A stretch of 64,000 nt of DNA from a virus. Below the pieces are notes generated by a model that was given only the letters and a program-made list of their open reading frames with translations, was not told the origin of the DNA and did no database searches. The stretch covers positions 64,001 to 128,000 of the IMG/VR virus record IMGVR_UViG_3300045988_075126. The stretch is one strand, 5' to 3'. How positions within the stretch are numbered: position 1 is the first letter of the stretch; every line of letters begins with the position of its first letter. The translations under genes and the position numbers were made by a program. Positions 33,797-42,363 of this stretch are shown here, piece by piece.

Positions 33797-34354
33797 ATGA
33801 AACCATTTATTGGAATCAAGAGAATTTGGTATGGTGCTCCTCTTACCGAGGCTAATACACCTGCTAAGTTGGCTACATGGTTGAAAACCGCTTCAGAGGT
33901 CTTGAACAGCCATGAGGGAACATGGGGATATTCTCAGGATGACCCTAGTGTTACTGAGTACAAGAACGAGCTGAACGGACAGGTTTACTATCGTGACAAG
34001 ACTGATGAGGGTGCTAAGACAATTACATTCTCTATTGGTGTATTCTCATGGAAGAACAAGGTAGACTTGCAGGGTGGTAAGATGTACAAGGCAACCGGAG
34101 AAGAGACTACAACGGAGGCAGAAGCAGTAGGTTGGTCTTCTAGCCAAGATTTGGCTAATATCAACAAGTGCATCGTTGCTCAGACCAAGACCGGAAACTA
34201 CATTGTCTTCTCAAATGCAGCTATCGTAGCCAAGGGTGACCAGCAGGACAAGAATATCACTTTGGGTATTTCTGCCGTTGCTATGGAAAGCGAGACCGAT
34301 GGTGTTGCTGGCGAGTACCAATGGGAAGGCTCTGCGGTAGTAGAACAGGGATAA
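33797..34354 (+). CDS. putative major tail (tube) protein
   Basis: Position immediately upstream of frameshifted chaperone. Confidence 0.45.
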   Translation: MKPFIGIKRIWYGAPLTEANTPAKLATWLKTASEVLNSHEGTWGYSQDDPSVTEYKNELNGQVYYRDKTDEGAKTITFSIGVFSWKNKVDLQGGKMYKATGEETTTEAEAVGWSSSQDLANINKCIVAQTKTGNYIVFSNAAIVAKGDQQDKNITLGISAVAMESETDGVAGEYQWEGSAVVEQG

Positions 34355-34421
34355 GACATAGGCAATAAATGATCGAGGGGGATGGTGTTAATGCCGTTCC
34401 CCTTTTTTAATATTAAGAACC

Positions 34422-34805
34422 ATGAGTAAGGCAAGTAAATTAGTTGCGGATGCAATTCTTGGAGAGGATACCGTAACGATAATCGTGAATGGAAAGGCTT
34501 ATTATATTTCACCACCTACAATTATAAAATTGGTCAAGGCGGCTAAATACCTTGATAGTTTTGAGGAGGGCAAGACCTTAGCGGAAGTCTTAGGTATGCT
34601 TAAGAATTTGGATGATACTTGCAAGGCGTTGTCTGTATTCATACAAGGCGATGAATCCATTAGTGATGAATTGTCTAAAGGAACGCTTGAAGAGATTGTC
34701 TACGGCTTACAAACGGCTTATTCCTTAATCTCTATAAAGGATTTTCAGACGCTATCAATTTTGGCGAAGAGTGCGGCAAGGATGATAGCAAAACCACGAC
34801 CATAG
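34422..34805 (+). CDS. tail assembly chaperone (gpG-like)
   Basis: Followed by a -1-frame ORF open from 34691 to 34996. Confidence 0.55.
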   Translation: MSKASKLVADAILGEDTVTIIVNGKAYYISPPTIIKLVKAAKYLDSFEEGKTLAEVLGMLKNLDDTCKALSVFIQGDESISDELSKGTLEEIVYGLQTAYSLISIKDFQTLSILAKSAARMIAKPRP

Positions 34806-34996
34806 GTAACGATACACTCTTAGGTCAGATTGCATCTTTTATGGATAGTCTGCATTTATCGTACCAAGAAGTCGTGAAAGAAATACCTTATAGGAACTTA
34901 TTGTTGATGGCAAAAGACAAACAAAGAGTAGCATATGGTGATGTAATGTATGAGGTAACGGAAGAAGAGTTTGGAATGAACTTCAAAAAAGGATAA
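34422..34996 (+). CDS. tail assembly chaperone -1 frameshift product (gpGT-like), inferred
   Basis: -1 frame continues ..TTTIGNDTLLGQIASFMDSLHLSYQEVVKEI..; candidate slip at A_AAA 34790-34793. Confidence 0.45.
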
Positions 34997-35038
34997 GTTT
35001 AAAATAATGCAAATAAAGTATTAAAAGCACTAAAACGT

Positions 35039-35069
35039 TTGCAGGTTAGGGAAATATTATTTATCTTTG
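35039..35069 (+). promoter_or_regulatory. Bacteroidetes-type promoter (TTTG-19-TAtcTTTG)
   Basis: Upstream GCACTAAAAC motif shared with other promoters. Confidence 0.6.
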
Positions 35070-35075
35070 CAAGCG

Positions 35076-35212
35076 CAGAACAAAAAAGGATAAAATGGCG
35101 ATTTAAGAAATTAATAAGATATTAGAGACACGAAACCCGATGGACTATACCGAAAGGCAGTCCGAGTCACAATTCCTTTGACTTTGCAATCGGTAGTTTC
35201 GTGTTTTTGTTT
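35076..35212 (+). ncRNA. candidate small RNA / leader: three-way-junction fold + U-tract
   Basis: Stems 35128-35136/35196-35204, 35137-35141/35189-35193, 35142-35146/35159-35163, 35064-... see finding; followed by TTTTTGTTTTT. Confidence 0.4.
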
Positions 35213-35221
35213 TTAAATAAG

Positions 35222-35524
35222 ATGCAAGACGTAAGGTTAATATTCGAGATATTGGTTTCCATGTTGCTTTGCGTTTGTCTCATATTGCTTGCTGTAAGTA
35301 GATATAGGCAAAAGAAAAAGCGTGAAGAACCGGAGCGAAAGGAAATGGATTTGATAGACTTCTTTTCTTTGGGAGGAGTTGCCTATTATTGGAACAAAGG
35401 TGGTAAGCAGCAGAAATGCTACACATATGAAGAATTTCTGAAAATCAAGGCTGACTACGTGGAGCTTTGGTTGAATCAGAATAGATATATTTTTAACTCT
35501 CAATTAGATTGCGATGATATATAA
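35222..35524 (+). CDS. small membrane protein
   Basis: TM helix ILVSMLLCVCLILLAV then basic stretch; ATG 35222. Confidence 0.5.
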   Translation: MQDVRLIFEILVSMLLCVCLILLAVSRYRQKKKREEPERKEMDLIDFFSLGGVAYYWNKGGKQQKCYTYEEFLKIKADYVELWLNQNRYIFNSQLDCDDI

Positions 35525-35744
35525 AGTATTTGTTTTGTTGCCGACAATAGTTGTATCAGATGGTATTGTAGGTATAGCTTGGCTAGGAAAGGTGTTTAGC
35601 TGGAGATATGGAAAGAACAAGAAAAAGAGCAAGAATGTGTCCTTAATGATAGGTTATAACACAGGAATGTCTCTTAAGTCGAAAATAGACGATAACGCTG
35701 CGGATGATTATTTAAGACGCATTGCCGAAGAAAATAGAATCTAA
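35514..35744 (+). CDS. small membrane protein
   Basis: TM helix VFVLLPTIVVSDGIVGIAWLG. Confidence 0.45.
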   Translation: MIYKVFVLLPTIVVSDGIVGIAWLGKVFSWRYGKNKKKSKNVSLMIGYNTGMSLKSKIDDNAADDYLRRIAEENRI

Positions 35745-35748
35745 ATCC

Positions 35749-35768
35749 AAGGGTTAGAGACCCTTTTT
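35749..35768 (+). terminator. terminator hairpin AAGGGT-tagag-ACCCTT + T5
   Basis: Read directly. Confidence 0.6.
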
Positions 35769-35837
35769 ACAACCATATTACTTGTGGTTATTTTTATACA
35801 TCGGTTTTTATTAACGATTGTTTTTTATGGTAGATAA

Positions 35838-36946
35838 ATGTATAAAAACGAGCACAAGTTCCCTTATAGATGGACTAAAAAAGATGCTAAATTCACAAAG
35901 GACAAAGGTAAGGTAATGTCCTGCTTTTGTTGCGGAGGAGGCAGTTCCTTTGGATATAAGCTAGCTGGCTATGATGTGGTAGCCTCTAACGAGATAGACC
36001 CAAAGGTTATGAAGATGTACTTGAAGAATCACGAAGTCAAGTATTCTTTCAATTGTGATATTCGTGAGTTGATTGCCAATATCAATATGGGGGGGGGCGT
36101 ATTATGAAAGAAGAGCTTCATAATTTGGATATACTGGATGCTAGTTTTCCTTGTTCGGTATTCAGTATTGCAGGTGACCGCCAAAAGGCTTGGGGAAAGG
36201 AAAAAGTATTCCGAGAAGGTCAGAAGGCGCAAAGGCTTGACGATTTGGCTTTCTACTCAATCGGCCTCGCTAAAGAACTAAAGCCAAAGGTAGTGGTTTT
36301 TGAGAATGTTCAAGGTTTATTACAAGGTGAAGCCATCGAGTACGTAAAGGAGATTTATAGACAGATGGATGATGCCGGATATATCTTGCAGCATTGGCTT
36401 CTCAATGCACGTAACATGGGTGTTCCTCAAAACAGACCTAGGGTGTTCTTTATTGGGTTACGTAAAGACCTTTGCGAGCCGTTTATGGTTCAAAAGGATT
36501 TGTTCGAGCGAGTGCCTAAGATTGATATGGACTTCAACGAGAAAGAAATTGTCTTGGATGAGTTCTCTGACTATAATGGAAGACAGATTCCTAAAGGAAT
36601 GTTGAAGTATTGGGAGCATAGAAATGAAAAAGACAATTCAATCGGTGATATTGTCAAGCGGATGGATAATCGTCTTTCTATGTTCAATAACATGTTTCTC
36701 AAAAAGAACAAGGTATGCAATACCATATCAGCAATGGAGGATAGACTTGTCTATTATGATAATCCAAGTTATCTTTCTGCACATGATACGATTTTAGCAT
36801 CAACATTTCCGATGGATTATGACTTTAATGGCATGAAACCTTGGTTTGCTTGCGGAATGTGTGTTCCTCCTGTTATGATGGCTAATGTAGCTACAAGAAT
36901 CTGGGATTGTTGGTTATCAAAGATTAAAAAGGAGGAATGCGCATGA
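35838..36946 (+). CDS. dcm: DNA (cytosine-5)-methyltransferase, split into 35838..36107 and 36104..36946 at a G9 tract
   Basis: Motif I FCCGGGSSFG in ORF A; motif IV FPCSVFSIAG, ENV, QNRPRVFFIG in ORF B; frames differ by -1 at 36089-36097. Confidence 0.75.
36089..36097 (+). repeat. homopolymer G9 (G_GGG_GGG in the zero frame)
   Basis: Counted directly. Confidence 0.95.
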
Positions 36947-37680
36947 TAACAGCAAGTATGACTTCGGGTGAGATGCGTAGAGTACGAAACTTAGATGAAA
37001 CAAGAATCTATGAGTTTCAGATGCGAAAAGCTAATGAGCTTAAACGTGAAATGAAAAGACAGAAAGTTAGGCAAATAACAAAGACCTTTGAGTTTGCTAC
37101 ACCAAATGCCGATTATTTCATAGTGGTAGGTGTAAAACATGGTGATGTCTTTGCTTCCGGCGTATTCATTTATCTGAAGGAGACTAACGAGTATATTCCT
37201 ATGAGCAGAAATGAAGGATATAGCGAGGATTGTTTTGCTATGAGCGTTCATTTTATGAAGAGGTTTGCTGAAAGGTTTTTGAAAAAGGATTTACCGATAG
37301 CAAAGATATTACAAAAGATATATACATCGTTTACAGGTGCGATTCAGCTTTATGGCGATGACAAGACTAAAAGGGTGGTGTTTGCTATTCCTGAAGGTCT
37401 GATACTCACCGAGTATGATCAAGATAAGCATATTATACACTACAAAACCTTTGTAAGCATGGATATGCTAAAGAAGACACAGATGCAAAGTTATGAGAAG
37501 ATTAGTGCATTTCTTATGGAATCATGTGAGCAAATAGCCAAAGCAAGAAAAATAGGAAATGATGAAAAGCTTGGCGTTGTGTACAGAAGGTTTTATGATG
37601 ATATTGATTTATTAGATACATCGGAGGCGCAATCTATATATTCAAGTTTCTTTGAAAAAGGAGGTAACAATGAAAGATAA
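36943..37680 (+). CDS. hypothetical protein
   Basis: ATGA overlap with dcm stop; GGAGGA upstream. Confidence 0.55.
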   Translation: MITASMTSGEMRRVRNLDETRIYEFQMRKANELKREMKRQKVRQITKTFEFATPNADYFIVVGVKHGDVFASGVFIYLKETNEYIPMSRNEGYSEDCFAMSVHFMKRFAERFLKKDLPIAKILQKIYTSFTGAIQLYGDDKTKRVVFAIPEGLILTEYDQDKHIIHYKTFVSMDMLKKTQMQSYEKISAFLMESCEQIAKARKIGNDEKLGVVYRRFYDDIDLLDTSEAQSIYSSFFEKGGNNER

Positions 37681-38173
37681 ATGTGTTGCTAGATTCCTAG
37701 GTGATATAAGACCTGTAAAGGGTTACGAAAGATATTGTGTTAGCAAGCAGGGGCATGTTTTTACTATTGGGAGAACGTCTCAATTAAAGGAAATCGCCCC
37801 ATGTAAGACACCAAAAGGTTATCTGAAGGTATGGCTTTACAAGAACGGAAAACGCAAAATGTTCTATATCCATCGTTTGGTAGCTCAGGCTTTCTTGGAG
37901 AATCCAGATGCGTTGCCGATGGTGAATCATAAGGATTTCGACAAGACGAATAACGATGTAGACAACTTGGAGTATTGCACTGCAAGATACAATATGGTTT
38001 ATTCGGCTATAGCAAAGAAGACTTCATCTGTATACTTGGGCGTGACGTGGAATAAGAACAACAGAAAATGGCAAGCTCAGTACCAGATAGGTAAGAAGAA
38101 AATTTATATCGGATGCTTTGGGACGCAAGAAGAAGCTCACGAAGCTTATGTTAACGCTATTAAAGAGATTTGA
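37670..38173 (+). CDS. HNH endonuclease with C-terminal AP2 domain
   Basis: IHRLVAQAF..VNHKD.DKTNN..NLEY plus YLGVTWNKNNRKWQAQ..IGCFGTQEEA. Confidence 0.75.
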   Translation: MKDKCVARFLGDIRPVKGYERYCVSKQGHVFTIGRTSQLKEIAPCKTPKGYLKVWLYKNGKRKMFYIHRLVAQAFLENPDALPMVNHKDFDKTNNDVDNLEYCTARYNMVYSAIAKKTSSVYLGVTWNKNNRKWQAQYQIGKKKIYIGCFGTQEEAHEAYVNAIKEI

Positions 38174-38174
38174 T

Positions 38175-38888
38175 ATGCTAGAATTAAACAGAATATACAA
38201 TTCCGACTGTATAGAAGGAATGAAACAAATAGAGAGTGGGGAGGTGGATTTGATTGTTACTGACCCTCCGTATTGCATTGCCTACAAGACTGGGTGGAGA
38301 GCTGACGACCATCGTTTCTCTAAGGAAATACTCAATGATGATAATGAGCAATTGATTATTGATTATATGAGCGAATGCTACCGGATTTTAAAGGATGATA
38401 GTGCTGCTTATATTTTCTGTAGTGCCAAGACCTTAGACTTTTTTATGCAACAAGCGAGGAATGCAGGGTTTACCATTAAGAATGTGCTCATTTGGCGAAA
38501 GAACAACCATACGGCTGGAGATTTAGAGGCGCAATATGGTCAATGTTACGAGCCAATCCTGTACTTGAATAAAGGCAGACGAACCATAAATGGGAAGCGT
38601 TTGGAGGATGTATGGGACTTTGATAGAGTTCCATCAGATAAATTGGTACATCAGAACGAGAAACCAATCCCTTTGCTAATGCAATGCATCTTGAAATCAT
38701 CAAATGAAGGCGACTTGGTGTTTGATGGCTTTATGGGCAGCGCAAGTACGGCTCTTGCTTGTTTGCGTACCAACAGAAAGTTCCTTGGCTTTGAATTGGA
38801 TAAGGATTATTTCAATGTGGCACAAAGAAGAATTAAGGAAGAAATGTTAAATCAAAAAGATATGTTTGGATATGCTGGAGTTAAATAG
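38175..38888 (+). CDS. DNA methyltransferase, N6A/N4C beta class
   Basis: Motif IV IVTDPPY then motif I VFDGFMGSAST. Confidence 0.8.
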   Translation: MLELNRIYNSDCIEGMKQIESGEVDLIVTDPPYCIAYKTGWRADDHRFSKEILNDDNEQLIIDYMSECYRILKDDSAAYIFCSAKTLDFFMQQARNAGFTIKNVLIWRKNNHTAGDLEAQYGQCYEPILYLNKGRRTINGKRLEDVWDFDRVPSDKLVHQNEKPIPLLMQCILKSSNEGDLVFDGFMGSASTALACLRTNRKFLGFELDKDYFNVAQRRIKEEMLNQKDMFGYAGVK

Positions 38889-39588
38889 AATTTATCAAGG
38901 TGATTGTCGAAAGCTTCTAAAGCTATTAGACGATGAATGTATAGACCTAGTATGCTCAGATGTAGCTTATCCGGTACAAGCTAGAGGTGGGCGTAGTAAC
39001 ATGAGCGGATATTGGACAGATTTACAAACAAGAAAAGGTAAGATATTCAAGAGTAACGACATAGATATTTCTGAATATATAAACGAATTATATCGTGTTC
39101 TAAAAGATAAGTCACACTGTTATCTTATGTGTAATGATTATAATCTGATGCGCTTTCTTGATGTGATTGGAAAAAGTGATTTTCATTTCACAAAGTGTTT
39201 GATATGGGATAAATGCTCTAAGGTGTGTGGAACTTATTATATGAATCAAAAGGAGTATATCATTATGCTTCGTAAAGGAGGTGGTAAACCTATCAATGAG
39301 TTTGGTACATCTGATATTCTGAGCGTTCCTATTCCTACAAACAAACGTAAGGATAAGGATGGGTTGATTAATCAGACTGAAAAACCAGTAAAGTTGATGG
39401 AGATACTAATCAGAAACTCGACAAATGTTGATGATGTTGTTCTAGACCCATTCATGGGGAGCGGTACAACGGCAAGGGCTTGTGTTAATCTTGATAGAAA
39501 GTATATAGGTTTTGAGATAGACCAGCGACAAGTCGATTTTGCCAATAACGAATTAAAGAACATGAGTAGGCAGTTAAGTCTGTTTTGA
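38872..39588 (+). CDS. DNA-methyltransferase paralog with degenerate motif IV (SDVAY)
   Basis: N-term LELNRIYQGDC parallels upstream MTase; motif I VLDPFMGSGTT intact. Confidence 0.65.
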   Translation: MLELNRIYQGDCRKLLKLLDDECIDLVCSDVAYPVQARGGRSNMSGYWTDLQTRKGKIFKSNDIDISEYINELYRVLKDKSHCYLMCNDYNLMRFLDVIGKSDFHFTKCLIWDKCSKVCGTYYMNQKEYIIMLRKGGGKPINEFGTSDILSVPIPTNKRKDKDGLINQTEKPVKLMEILIRNSTNVDDVVLDPFMGSGTTARACVNLDRKYIGFEIDQRQVDFANNELKNMSRQLSLF

Positions 39589-39592
39589 AACT

Positions 39593-39817
39593 ATGGATAT
39601 GTGCAAGGTGTTTTGTTGCAATCCTGTTGTAAGAAATGGGAATAAAGAAACAACGGATGCTCTTATAAGAGCCATGAGAGACGAAGCCTTAAAACGTGGG
39701 TTGGTACGTGATGAATTGATAGGTTTTTGCAACCGATTCTTGAGAGAAGGCGAAATCAAAGCTTGTATAGAGCATTTGCTAGACAATTTTAAACGTTATT
39801 TTTGGAGGTATTATTGA
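39593..39817 (+). CDS. hypothetical protein
   Basis: ORF track. Confidence 0.45.
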   Translation: MDMCKVFCCNPVVRNGNKETTDALIRAMRDEALKRGLVRDELIGFCNRFLREGEIKACIEHLLDNFKRYFWRYY

Positions 39818-39818
39818 T

Positions 39819-40448
39819 ATGAGAAGAAGAAAGTTGAACAAGTCTCCAGTGCTAGGCTTCTGCGGATTTGTTATCGGTTACGAGTGCAAGGAAAAGGGAA
39901 TAAAGCTGATGGAGTGCGATAAGGCGCAAGCAGATGCGATCATAGTTCCTCATCACTTTTCACACAAGGTAACGAAGAATAGTTGCTTGAATCTTTTGGT
40001 ATTGTACAAAGGCAAGATTAGGGGTGCTATGCAAATAGGGTATGGAATCCGACCGCACATCAAGACTGAAAAGGGCGAAGTGTTAGATTACCATCAAGTG
40101 AGGGAATTTGACAGAATGTGGTTGTCTGATGATATGCCAAAGTTTAGCGAGACGATTTGTCTTTCTCTCTTGCACAAGTATATTAGGGCAACACATAAGG
40201 AAATCAAGTACCTTATATCTTATGCCGATACGTCCATAGGTAACAAGGGAACTATATATAAAGCTGCAAACTATGAGCATATTGATACCATTAAGGCAGA
40301 TTTCTATGTATTACCAAGTGGTGAGCGTGTGCATCCGGTAACTATGTGGCATCGGCACAAGACAAGAGTATGGGAGGTTCTAACGGAACTATACCCAGGA
40401 ATAAAAAAGGCAGAAGGGTTTCAACTTAAATTTCTGAAGAAGTTATGA
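39819..40448 (+). CDS. Mom-family-like (GNAT-fold) DNA modification protein
   Basis: PHHFSH.., ..ISYADTSIGNKGTIYKAANY.. resemble the HY..SYAD..G..G.IY.A.N pattern (memory). Confidence 0.5.
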   Translation: MRRRKLNKSPVLGFCGFVIGYECKEKGIKLMECDKAQADAIIVPHHFSHKVTKNSCLNLLVLYKGKIRGAMQIGYGIRPHIKTEKGEVLDYHQVREFDRMWLSDDMPKFSETICLSLLHKYIRATHKEIKYLISYADTSIGNKGTIYKAANYEHIDTIKADFYVLPSGERVHPVTMWHRHKTRVWEVLTELYPGIKKAEGFQLKFLKKL

Positions 40449-40651
40449 AGAAAAGAAATAAAAATATTCCTTGTCCTTTGCATCCAGATCCTGAGCATTG
40501 GGTTAGAAAAGGAGATACTTGGAAAGCAAAGGTAACTTATGAAAGTGAAGAAGATGCTTGGGAGTTTCTGAATCAGAATTCGAAGTTAAAGGAATCCGGC
40601 TGTCATCCTTACTTATGCAAAGTCTGCTCTAAGTGGCATATTGGTAGGTAA
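40445..40651 (+). CDS. small Cys/His-rich protein
   Basis: CPLHPDPEHW .. CHPYLCKVCSKWH; ATGA overlap with upstream gene. Confidence 0.5.
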   Translation: MKKRNKNIPCPLHPDPEHWVRKGDTWKAKVTYESEEDAWEFLNQNSKLKESGCHPYLCKVCSKWHIGR

Positions 40652-40665
40652 TATAATTAACGATT

Positions 40666-41052
40666 ATGAAAAAAGAAGATAGGCTTAAAATATATCGCAA
40701 ATACGATGGGCATTGTGCTTATTGCGGTAAGAGTATAGAGTATAAGGATATGCAGGTTGACCATCTTGTTCCGAAGAATCGAGGTTGTTACTCTCGGTGG
40801 AGTGACAAGGAGGGAAGGTTTGTCGTTTTTCATGGCGATGACTGCATGGAGAACTATATGCCATCTTGCAGGTCTTGTAATCTTCGTAAGCGCGATATGA
40901 GTTTGGAACAATTTCGCTCAGAGATTACAAGACAGGCTAAAGGATTGCTTAATGGTAAGGCTTCTTTCCAAGTAAAGATGTCGCTCGCTTATGGTTTAAT
41001 AGAAGAGCACTTTGATAAACAAATAGAGTTCCACTTTGAGAAATTTAAATAG
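40666..41052 (+). CDS. HNH endonuclease
   Basis: CAYCG..VDHLVPK..NYMPSCRSCNLRK. Confidence 0.8.
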   Translation: MKKEDRLKIYRKYDGHCAYCGKSIEYKDMQVDHLVPKNRGCYSRWSDKEGRFVVFHGDDCMENYMPSCRSCNLRKRDMSLEQFRSEITRQAKGLLNGKASFQVKMSLAYGLIEEHFDKQIEFHFEKFK

Positions 41053-41060
41053 TAAGGAAT

Positions 41061-41345
41061 ATGAAGAAGTTTAAGAAGTCGATAGAGATTAGCACAGAGA
41101 ATATTTCAGACGTTCTTCAAGTGCCTATTGTTACGAGTGTATATAAGACTAAGCTTTTTAAAAACGCATGCATTGATGGTCGTAGCGAGCCTTATGATAC
41201 TATAGCAGTGATGCATGTTAAAGTTGAAGGTTTTGAGAACGATTTTATTATAGACCAAGGCGATATTCTCGCTCTTGATATTTGTGATACTTGGTATGCT
41301 TTTTCAAAAGCAGGTTGGAAGAAACATAAAAACGATGAGGTATGA
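41061..41345 (+). CDS. hypothetical protein
   Basis: ORF track. Confidence 0.5.
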   Translation: MKKFKKSIEISTENISDVLQVPIVTSVYKTKLFKNACIDGRSEPYDTIAVMHVKVEGFENDFIIDQGDILALDICDTWYAFSKAGWKKHKNDEV

Positions 41346-41746
41346 AGAAAGGATATTACGAATACGACCCTGTTATCTATCCAAGGAGGTTGTGTGTCGC
41401 TATTGGTATGAACCAAGAGGACGCTAACAAGTGTTTTGAAGGTAGAAATGGCGGGTTTTTGAGGGTTGATTTCTCTAATACTGACGCAATGACCTTCGAT
41501 AACGTTAGGGAAAAAGCGAATAAGAAGTTTTGTATATTAATTAATTTTGCAAGCAAGAATACTATGAGGATGGGAGTTTGTTGCCATGAAGCTTCTCACG
41601 CCTGCGATGCCATCGAGGGTGCTATTGATATGGAGCACGGAGGCGAGCCTTCTGCCTATCTGATAGGTTGGATTGCGTCTTGCATCAACAAGGCTCGTTT
41701 GGGAATTGGCAATTTCGTTGAAATTAAAGATAAGGAAGAAAAGTAG
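41342..41746 (+). CDS. small HExxH protein (putative minimal metallopeptidase), paralog of 46402..46767
   Basis: CCHEASHACDAIEG..E.SAYLIGWI. Confidence 0.5.
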   Translation: MKKGYYEYDPVIYPRRLCVAIGMNQEDANKCFEGRNGGFLRVDFSNTDAMTFDNVREKANKKFCILINFASKNTMRMGVCCHEASHACDAIEGAIDMEHGGEPSAYLIGWIASCINKARLGIGNFVEIKDKEEK

Positions 41747-41775
41747 CCCAAAGACAAAATACCCTTGGGTGTTTG

Positions 41776-41815
41776 CCCCATCACTATATATAATAATGTA
41801 GTGGTGGGGGTTTTT
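41776..41815 (+). terminator. rho-independent terminator
   Basis: 11-bp stem CCCCATCACTA/TAGTGGTGGGG + T5. Confidence 0.7.
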
Positions 41816-41887
41816 ATGTTAACGTCAGCAAATTATTTGTTAGCAGTATTATAGTGTGTTAAAAGATAAAAGAAATACATTAAATAA

Positions 41888-41929
41888 TTTGCATGTTTCA
41901 AATATTCTTTGTATCTTTGCAATGTAATT
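41888..41929 (+). promoter_or_regulatory. Bacteroidetes-type promoter (TTTG-30-TAtcTTTG)
   Basis: Part of duplicated cassette; 30-nt gap between boxes, longer than the usual 19-21 nt. Confidence 0.65.
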
Positions 41930-41955
41930 AAGAAACAAGGTTACTAATTTGAAAA

Positions 41956-41979
41956 GGTGAGACACACCACAAAAACTGT
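41956..41979 (+). promoter_or_regulatory. leader element L8 GGTGAGACACACCACAAAAACTGT
   Basis: 21 nt before ATG 41989. Confidence 0.55.
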
Positions 41980-41988
41980 AATAAGAAA

Positions 41989-42363
41989 ATGAAAAAGTTT
42001 TTTGAAAACTTATCTGAAAAGATTAATGATGCGGCTTTTGAGGCGCAGCTTGATGATTTTACTTGCGAGTTTGATGCTATTAACAAACCTGCTGAAATCG
42101 TGGTGTCCGTTAAGAGTAGAAAGGTTATCCATTCAGATGGAAATATTTCTTCTTATCCAAATTACAATGTAGATAAGATTAATATCTATGATGATGACGG
42201 AGAAGACGTTTCTTCAAAATATCCTTTGTTCTGCCAAAGAGTTAAGGATTGCGTGCCTTCTTATAAAGATGTAGAGAAAGACTTGATGGAGGCAAATATG
42301 AGCGACACTGAGCTTTATTTTGGCTCAGAAGCTAATTATTTGCGTTATAAATATGGCAACTAA
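41989..42363 (+). CDS. hypothetical protein
   Basis: ORF track. Confidence 0.55.
   Translation: MKKFFENLSEKINDAAFEAQLDDFTCEFDAINKPAEIVVSVKSRKVIHSDGNISSYPNYNVDKINIYDDDGEDVSSKYPLFCQRVKDCVPSYKDVEKDLMEANMSDTELYFGSEANYLRYKYGN

Larger units (their letters stand above)
41858..41979 (+). repeat. 122-nt promoter+leader cassette, copy 2
   Basis: About 95% identical to 20798-20919. Confidence 0.85.
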
